Source: Novosphingobium sp. (GTDB lineage Bacteria; Pseudomonadota; Alphaproteobacteria; Sphingomonadales; Sphingomonadaceae). Taken from it: DNA of 64,000 nt. A model generated the notes under the pieces. It was not told the DNA's origin. It did no database searches and worked only from the letters and a program-made list of their open reading frames with translations. The DNA is taken from positions 905 through 64,904 of the forward strand of contig JAYRDH010000008.1 in NCBI GenBank assembly GCA_041909515.1, read 5' to 3'. The position numbers and the translations under genes are program-made. Shown here one piece after another: positions 55,894-64,000 of this stretch (its first letter is position 1; every line of letters starts with the position of its first letter).

Positions 55894-56334
55894 TCAGATG
55901 TCGCGTTCCAGCTCCAGCAGGCTGCGCGGGATGCGCAATTGCGCGGAGGCCACGCGGGTTTCGGCCAGAAACAGCATCAGCGCCCACATCAGCAGGCTGA
56001 TCGCGATCAGGAACAGCCCCGCCGCCGCCACTTGCAGGCGAACCGCGACGAATTCTTCCAGAAACAACACCGCCACCGTTACCCCGATGGTCAGGCCGCT
56101 CAGCACCAGCAGGAAGATCGCGCGGGTGATCAAGAGGATGCGCTGGGCGATGGCGCGCATTTCGATCACCACGGCGTCATGATCCGCCCCGCTGGTCGCG
56201 GTGTGCCGGTCCTGCAACTGGCGCGACCGGTCCACCACGCGGCCCAGCCGGGTCGAGAGCAGGTTCATGATGTTGGCAATCGCCACCAGCACGAAAACCG
56301 GGGCGAGTGCGAGCTGGATGGTCTGGGCAATCAT
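55894..56334 (-). CDS. DUF2721-family membrane protein
   Basis: IQLALAPVFVL, RLGRVVDRSR, three hydrophobic helices, FLAETRVA. Confidence 0.85.
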   Translation of the reverse strand: MIAQTIQLALAPVFVLVAIANIMNLLSTRLGRVVDRSRQLQDRHTATSGADHDAVVIEMRAIAQRILLITRAIFLLVLSGLTIGVTVAVLFLEEFVAVRLQVAAAGLFLIAISLLMWALMLFLAETRVASAQLRIPRSLLELERDI

Positions 56335-56366
56335 GCTGTCAATCTAGCGTTGGCGCTCGATCAGCA

Positions 56367-56500
56367 CCACCCCCAACCCCCTCCTCTGAAGAGGAGGGGG
56401 CTTAGCAGGGGCGGCTAACCACTCCTCAGCTTCAGAAGGACGGGCTTTGACAAGGGCGGCTTGCTCCCCCTCCTCTTCAGAGGAGGGGGTTGGGGGGTGG
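56367..56500. repeat. Palindromic intergenic element D
   Basis: ccacccccaaccccctcctctgaagaggaggggg and ccccctcctcttcagaggagggggttggggggtgg form a long terminal inverted repeat; each arm is also a hairpin. Confidence 0.9.
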
Positions 56501-56510
56501 TCAATCCCGC

Positions 56511-58439
<1,929 letters not shown>

Positions 58440-58510
58440 GGTGGTCCTCTCTCGGATTCGGGCTTTTGCCCAGTTAGGAACCGGACGGCGTGCCCGTCAA
58501 TCGCGCGCCG

Positions 58511-59227
58511 TCATTCATACCAGCGTTGCCGCCAGCCATATGTGGACGCAACAGGGTTGCCCTGCACATCGGTCGCGGGCTTGAAGCGGAAACGTTGCAT
58601 GGCCAGCGTGCAGGTGATGGCATTGGCCTGCGCATCCTTGCTGGGGCGGACGATCCGGCAGGCGGTGGGCTTGCCCTCGGCGCTGACGGTGATGGCGACG
58701 ATGACGTAATCGTCCTTGCGCAGTTCACGCGTGTCACGGGGGTAATCCTTGGCGGAATTGATCGCGCCCGCGATCTTCTCGACCTTGCGGGTGAGGCCCC
58801 CACCCGAACCATTGCCGCCCGTGCCGCTGCCGGTGCCACTGCCCTGTCCGCCCGCGCCGGTCCCTGCCCCGGCGTCCTTCGCGCCCGATGCATTGGCGCT
58901 GCCGGTGCTGGCAGCCTTGGGCGCGGGGGCCTTGGCGAGGTCTACTTTAGGCTTGTCCGCCTTCACCTCGCGCGCGACGGCCTTCTTGCCCGCTTCGGCG
59001 GCGGCTCCGGCGCGTTCTGGCTCCTTGCTGGGTTCAGGTGCTGGCGGCGGGGTAACGACCGTGACCGAGAAGGTGGAGAGTACCGTCTTGGCCACTTGCG
59101 CGGTGAAATCGGGCGCAAAGGCGCGGATCAGGCCCAGCAGCGCCGCCACGTGCAGCAGCGCCACCAGCACGATCACGCCCAGCCGCGTACCGCGCGGGGC
59201 GGACAAGTCCGCAGGTTCCTCACTCAT
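58511..59227 (-). CDS. TonB-like energy transducer (TM, Pro/Ala/Gly linker, TonB C-domain)
   Basis: N-terminal TM with His (ALLHVAALL), YPRD...V.VAITVSAEG...C, RFRFKPA.D..G.PV. Confidence 0.85.
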   Translation of the reverse strand: MSEEPADLSAPRGTRLGVIVLVALLHVAALLGLIRAFAPDFTAQVAKTVLSTFSVTVVTPPPAPEPSKEPERAGAAAEAGKKAVAREVKADKPKVDLAKAPAPKAASTGSANASGAKDAGAGTGAGGQGSGTGSGTGGNGSGGGLTRKVEKIAGAINSAKDYPRDTRELRKDDYVIVAITVSAEGKPTACRIVRPSKDAQANAITCTLAMQRFRFKPATDVQGNPVASTYGWRQRWYE

Positions 59228-59230
59228 CGT

Positions 59231-60841
59231 TCAGTGGCGCCCCTTGTGGTGCTTGTCGGCCCGGAACTGGGTGTAACTGTCCAGCACCTTGCGCATCGCC
59301 TCGACGGCTTTCTGCCGTTCGCGCTCATCATCGATTTTCGAAAGCTCGCGCTTCAGGCCGGTGACGAATTCGGCATAGCTGTTCTGCCAGTCGCGCCCCA
59401 GTGCCTGGGTCAGATCGGTGCGACCGGTCTTCGTGCGCCGGGCCGGGGCGGCGGGCGGCAGGGCATAGCTTTCACCGATTTCCGGGGTGACGATCGTGCC
59501 GCCCAACTCGCGCGACTGGGCGAGCTGCCGCAGTTTCTCCAGCGCGTTCTGTTCGCCGTGGACCAGGAACAGGCTGCCCGCAATCGGCGCGCGGGCGGTG
59601 ATCCAGTCCAGCAACTCGCCCTGATCGGCATGGGCGGAATAGCTGTCGATCCGGCGGATCGTGGCGCGGACCATCACGTCCTCGCCCGAAATGCGCACGC
59701 GCCCCGCTCCTTCCAGGATCACCCGGCCCAGCGATCCTTCGGCCTGATAGCCGACGAACAGCACCGTCGCCTCGCGCTTGTGCAGGTTGTGGACCAGATG
59801 GTGGCGGATGCGCCCGGCCTCGCACATGCCGGATGCCGCCATGATGATCGCGCCCGATACGGAATTGAGCCGGATCGATTCGGCCACGCTGTCCACAAAG
59901 TGAAAGCCCGGCTGCTTGAAGGTCTGTTCGCCGCTGAAATCCTGCAATTCCGCTGCGTGCTTTTCAAACACGCGCGTCGCCTGACTGGCGAGCGGGCTGT
60001 CGATGAACACCGGCACGTTGGGAATCGCGCCGCCGTGCATCAGTTCCGCGATGTCCAGCAGCAGTTCCTGCGTGCGCTCAAGCGCGAACGTCGGGATCAC
60101 CAGATTGCCGCCCCGCGCCAGTGCGCCGCGGATTTCCGCTTCCAGCACCTTGCGCCGCCCCGCAATCGTCATCGGTTCGCGCGCGCGGTCGCCATAGGTG
60201 CTTTCGCAAAGCACGTGGTCGAACCCGGACGGGCCTTCGGGATCGGCGTGGAACGCCTTGTTATCCGGCCCCAGATCGCCCGAACACAGCACCCGCACCC
60301 CGCCCGCTTCCAGCTCGACCGAAGCGGAGCCCAGGATATGCCCCGCGTTCCACAGCCGCGCCCGGATGCCGGGGACCGGCTCGAACCATTCTTCCAGTTC
60401 CACCGGACTGGCCTGTCCCCACGCCGCGATGGCGTCAGCTTCGGTATAGAGCGGGTCGAACGGGTCTTCGCCCGCGCGGTCGCGGCGGCGGTTGCGCCGC
60501 GCGGTGTCGGCCTCCTGGATGCGGCCCGCGTCGGCCAGCATGTATTCCAGCAGGTCGGCGGTCGGCTGGGTACACCAGATCTTGCCGGTGAACCCTTCTG
60601 CCACCAGCCGGGGCAGCAGCCCGGAATGGTCGATATGGGCGTGGGTCAGGATCACCGCATCGACTTTGGCCGGGTTGAACCCGAACGCCCCCGCGTTCAG
60701 TCCCTCCAGCGTGCGCGACCCTTGGAACAGCCCGCAATCGACCAGAATGCGCCGGTCGCCCAGCGTGAATTCATGGCAGGAACCGGTCACGGTGCGCGCG
60801 GCCCCGTGCAGCGTCAGGGTCAGATCCTTGGTCATTTCCAC
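59231..60841 (-). CDS. MBL-fold beta-CASP ribonuclease (COG1236-type)
   Basis: GAARTVTGSC, DCGLFQG, THAHIDHSG, AGHILGS, ESTYGDR, YSAHAD. Confidence 0.93.
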   Translation of the reverse strand: MEMTKDLTLTLHGAARTVTGSCHEFTLGDRRILVDCGLFQGSRTLEGLNAGAFGFNPAKVDAVILTHAHIDHSGLLPRLVAEGFTGKIWCTQPTADLLEYMLADAGRIQEADTARRNRRRDRAGEDPFDPLYTEADAIAAWGQASPVELEEWFEPVPGIRARLWNAGHILGSASVELEAGGVRVLCSGDLGPDNKAFHADPEGPSGFDHVLCESTYGDRAREPMTIAGRRKVLEAEIRGALARGGNLVIPTFALERTQELLLDIAELMHGGAIPNVPVFIDSPLASQATRVFEKHAAELQDFSGEQTFKQPGFHFVDSVAESIRLNSVSGAIIMAASGMCEAGRIRHHLVHNLHKREATVLFVGYQAEGSLGRVILEGAGRVRISGEDVMVRATIRRIDSYSAHADQGELLDWITARAPIAGSLFLVHGEQNALEKLRQLAQSRELGGTIVTPEIGESYALPPAAPARRTKTGRTDLTQALGRDWQNSYAEFVTGLKRELSKIDDERERQKAVEAMRKVLDSYTQFRADKHHKGRH

Positions 60842-60882
60842 AGACTGCCCCCGTTACCCGCCGGGGGCAAGCCCGCAGCCGG

Positions 60883-61518
60883 TCAGGCGGCGCGCAGGCC
60901 CGATACGGCCTTGGCCCCGCGATCCTGCGCGGACAGTCCGTCGAACACCGCGTCGATGATCCGGGCCAGCTTGTCGGTCGTCAGCCGGGGCATGATCAGT
61001 TCCATCGTGCCGATGTTGACGTAAACGTTGACCATCTGGTTCACCAGACTGAGCGCCTCGTCCACGGACAGCCCGGCGAAATAGCCCTCGCCCATCGCCT
61101 CGCCGATGATCTCGGCCAGGTAATGATCGCCCAGGTCGACATAGCTGCGGATCAACTCGAAGTGTTCCTTGCCCATTTCCACGTGCAGGGCGAAGGCGAC
61201 GGGGTCTTGCTCCCACTCCGCCCGCATCAGCGCAAAGCGGCGGGCGAAGAATTCGTACATCTTGCGGCGCGGCGGCAGATCGCTGCCGACCACCTGCTCC
61301 ATGATGTCCAGCATCGGCTGGAACCAGCGCCCGGCCACCGCCTCGATCAGGGCCTCCTTGCTGTCGAAATAGCGATAGAGGTTGGCGGGCGACATGTTGG
61401 CCCGCGCGGCCACTTCGGCCACGGTCAACGCGCTCGATCCACGCTCGTCAATCAGGCCGATGACCAGATCGATCAGCTGCTCCCGCCCGGCTTCGATATC
61501 GCTCTGCGGACGCGCCAT
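60883..61518 (-). CDS. TetR/AcrR-family transcriptional regulator
   Basis: HTH LTVAEVAARANMSPANLYRYFDSKEAL. Confidence 0.93.
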   Translation of the reverse strand: MARPQSDIEAGREQLIDLVIGLIDERGSSALTVAEVAARANMSPANLYRYFDSKEALIEAVAGRWFQPMLDIMEQVVGSDLPPRRKMYEFFARRFALMRAEWEQDPVAFALHVEMGKEHFELIRSYVDLGDHYLAEIIGEAMGEGYFAGLSVDEALSLVNQMVNVYVNIGTMELIMPRLTTDKLARIIDAVFDGLSAQDRGAKAVSGLRAA

Positions 61519-61652
61519 TGATCCAACTCCCCGAAGGCCTATGGGGTAAATATAAATGCATGGCGCGGGAATTCAAGAAACTGTCTTATTCGCACAATAC
61601 GCACGGCTGCCGCCCCATTGCCCCGCGCCCCGGCCCGACCTAGGAACGCTGC

Positions 61653-63404
61653 ATGTTCGAATCCCTCCCCCGCCGCCGCCGTCTTGCCCGTCTGCTCCCC
61701 ATCCTGCTGCTGCCTGCGCTGGCGGCATGCGGCGCGCAGGGGCGCGTCGCGTCGAGCGCCCCCGCCGCTGCGCCGGTCACGGTGGGGATCATCGCGCTGA
61801 ACGATTTTCATGGCGCGCTGGAGCCGCCCCGCACGGCGGTTGCCGCGCCCGATGGCAAAGGCGGCACCGTGCAGGTTCCCGCTGGCGGCGCGGCCTGGCT
61901 GGCCAGCGCGGTGGACAGCGTGCGCGGCCAGTACGCCCACAGCCTGACAGTGGCGGCAGGCGACCTGACCAGCGCATCGCAACTGGCATCGTCGATCTAT
62001 CTGGATGAACCGGCGGTCGGCGCGATGAACCGCATCGGACTGGATTTCAACGCGGTCGGCAATCACGAATTCGATCGTGGACGGCAGGAATTGCTGCGTC
62101 TTCAAAATGGGGGCTGCGAACAGTTGACCGCGCGCGCGCCATGCCAGGTCGAACCGTTCAAGGGCGCCCGCTATCAGTATCTCGCCGCCAGCACGCTGAC
62201 CGAAACCGGCCAGACCCTGTTCCCCGCCAGCGCGATCCGCAGCTTCGGCACCGGCAAGACGCAAGTGAAGATCGGTGTGATCGGCCTGACGCTGAAGGAA
62301 ACGCCTGATCTGGTTTCCCCCGGCGGCGTCAAGGGGCTGACCTTCGCGGACGAGGCAGACAGCATCAACGCACTGGTGCCCGGCCTGAAAGCCCAGGGCG
62401 CGGCGGCCATCGTGGTGATGATCCACCAGGGCGGCGGACAGGACCCCGCCGCAGACCCCAGCGGCTGCGAAGGGTTCAACGGCGCGATCCGCCCGATCCT
62501 GGACCGGATGGACACGCGGGTTGACGTGGTGGTGTCCGGCCACACGCACCGCAGCTATGTCTGCGATTATGGCCGCTACAACCCGGACCGGCCGTTCCTG
62601 CTGACCAGTGCCGGTTCGGCCGGAACACTGGTGACCGACATCGCACTCGACATCGATCCCGCCACACAGAAGGTCGTGGCCCGGCGCGCCCGCAACGTCA
62701 TCGTGCAGAGCGCACCCTTCACCGGCAGCCGGGGCGCGGTGGCCAATACCGATGCCTATCCGCGCTTTGCCCCCCGCGCCGATGTGGCTGCCTATGTCCA
62801 GACGTATGTCGATGCGGCGCAAGTCTTTTCCCGGCGCACCGTCGGGCAGGTGGCCGGGCCGGTCAGCGGGCGGGCGATGGGCTATCTGATCGCCGACGCC
62901 CAACTGGCCGCCACCCGCGCGGCAGGCGCCCAGATCGCCTTTACCAACCCGTTCGGCGTGCGCGCCAGCCTGATCCCCGCCCCGGACGGCAGCCTGACCT
63001 TTGGCGATCTTTATGCCGTGCAGCCGTTCAACAACACGCTGGTGACGCAAACGATGACCGGTGCACAGTTGAAAGCCGTGCTGGAACAGGGTTTCGACAG
63101 CAATGGCCCGGAACAGGTGCTGGCCCCGTCCGCCGGGTTCACGTTCCACTATGACCGGCGGCGGCCGATGGGCGACCGGATCGTGGCGATGGCGCTGGAC
63201 GGTGCGCCGATCGATCTGGCAGCCAGCTACCGCGTGACCACCAACAGCTTTCTGGCGGGCGGCGGTGACACGTTCACCGGCTTTGCCGCACAGCGCGACG
63301 CGGTGATCGGCATCAGCGACCTGGAAGCGACCGAGGCCTGGGTCAAGGCTCTGCCCGCCCGCGCCGTGCCCGCTGCCGACCGGACGTTCGACGCCGACCG
63401 CTGA
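61653..63404 (+). CDS. 5'-nucleotidase / UDP-sugar hydrolase lipoprotein
   Basis: Lipobox LAAC; NDFHG, AAGD, GNHEFD, SGHTH; C-terminal NPFGVRA, QPFNN, NSFLAGGGD. Confidence 0.93.
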   Translation: MFESLPRRRRLARLLPILLLPALAACGAQGRVASSAPAAAPVTVGIIALNDFHGALEPPRTAVAAPDGKGGTVQVPAGGAAWLASAVDSVRGQYAHSLTVAAGDLTSASQLASSIYLDEPAVGAMNRIGLDFNAVGNHEFDRGRQELLRLQNGGCEQLTARAPCQVEPFKGARYQYLAASTLTETGQTLFPASAIRSFGTGKTQVKIGVIGLTLKETPDLVSPGGVKGLTFADEADSINALVPGLKAQGAAAIVVMIHQGGGQDPAADPSGCEGFNGAIRPILDRMDTRVDVVVSGHTHRSYVCDYGRYNPDRPFLLTSAGSAGTLVTDIALDIDPATQKVVARRARNVIVQSAPFTGSRGAVANTDAYPRFAPRADVAAYVQTYVDAAQVFSRRTVGQVAGPVSGRAMGYLIADAQLAATRAAGAQIAFTNPFGVRASLIPAPDGSLTFGDLYAVQPFNNTLVTQTMTGAQLKAVLEQGFDSNGPEQVLAPSAGFTFHYDRRRPMGDRIVAMALDGAPIDLAASYRVTTNSFLAGGGDTFTGFAAQRDAVIGISDLEATEAWVKALPARAVPAADRTFDADR

Positions 63405-63694
63405 TCCGGCTCAGGACGTCTGGCGCGCCACCGCCAGCCCGCAGGCAACGAACCCCTGCGGGTCGCTATTTTGGCGTGTGCGGCGCGAACGGAAAGTCGG
63501 CAGATCGCGGCGCGCTTGCAACGGGCGGACAAACGACTCGCATTTCGGCGCGAAACCGGCTAGGCGCCGTTCGCACTTGCGGCATAAATGGTCATTCGTG
63601 AAAGTTCAGGCCAATTGCCGTGCAAGGCTGTATACCAATCCCATTGGACAGCTTCCTGACTTATGCGGGCCATGCCCGCTGACTTGCGAGATAT

Positions 63695-64000
63695 ATGACT
63701 TTTAACGGAATTCCCGACGCCCTGAGCCAGGCATTGACCGGCCATGGCTATACCGCCCTGACCCCCGTCCAGTCGGCGGTAATCGAAGACGAAGCGCGCG
63801 GACGCGATCTGGTGGTGTCTGCCCAGACCGGTTCGGGCAAGACGGTGGCCTTTGGCATCGCCATGGCGGACGAATTGCTGGCCGAAGGCGGCGTGCTGCC
63901 CCCCGCTGGCGCGCCGCTGGCGCTGGTGATCGCCCCGACGCGCGAACTGGCCCTGCAGGTCGCGCGCGAACTGGACTGGCTCTATGCCGGGACCGGGGCC
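63695..64000 (+). CDS. DEAD-box RNA helicase (runs off the window end; absent from the ORF track)
   Basis: Q-motif GYTALTPVQ, AQTGSGKT, motif Ia IAPTRELALQV. Confidence 0.93.
   Translation, partial: MTFNGIPDALSQALTGHGYTALTPVQSAVIEDEARGRDLVVSAQTGSGKTVAFGIAMADELLAEGGVLPPAGAPLALVIAPTRELALQVARELDWLYAGTGA

Noticed and set aside
55753-56500. Elements C and D as ends of an autonomous IS
   Set aside because: No transposase between them, the two elements are not inverted copies of each other, and no target-site duplication is evident.
61570-61587. Pho-box-like AATTCAAGAAACTGTCTT upstream of the 5'-nucleotidase
   Set aside because: Only 12 of 18 matches with a poor first half-site; it could equally belong to the divergent TetR promoter.

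Overview
64-kb high-GC chromosomal window from an alphaproteobacterium. Gene content and order point to Sphingomonadales (Novosphingobium/Erythrobacteraceae-like; inferred, not searched). It is mostly core genome: ugd (partial), rnpB, chpT, rluD-rpoH, mtgA, clpP-clpX, tRNA-Leu-tig, sppA, pyrB-pyrC', bfd-bfr, der, tRNA-Val-serS-surE-LysM/M23, rimO, pap-pit, corA, tRNA-Trp-secE-nusG-rplK-rplA, aat, recX, a fatty acyl-AMP ligase, acs and a partial DEAD-box helicase. I found no integrase, transposase, phage gene, CRISPR array or defence island. The best candidate for an undescribed system is a divergent locus at 24.2-28.2 kb: orphan ParA + ribbon-helix-helix partner + TPR/SPOR protein on one strand, a Sel1/SPOR protein on the other, and a shared intergenic region with several CtrA-like boxes. 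It may be a cell-cycle-controlled positioning/septal module. Other notable signals are a low-GC3 patch encoding a putative swapped loop in a TonB-dependent receptor, four related palindromic intergenic elements (two bracket a DUF2721 gene), Pho-box-like sites, a TelA/membrane/PHA-granule-family operon, a 196-bp antisense overlap between aat and a DUF2155 gene, a pseudo-dihydroorotase, and two GT-C-like genes sitting inside normally contiguous core clusters. All family calls come from motif recognition by eye; start codons were chosen manually.
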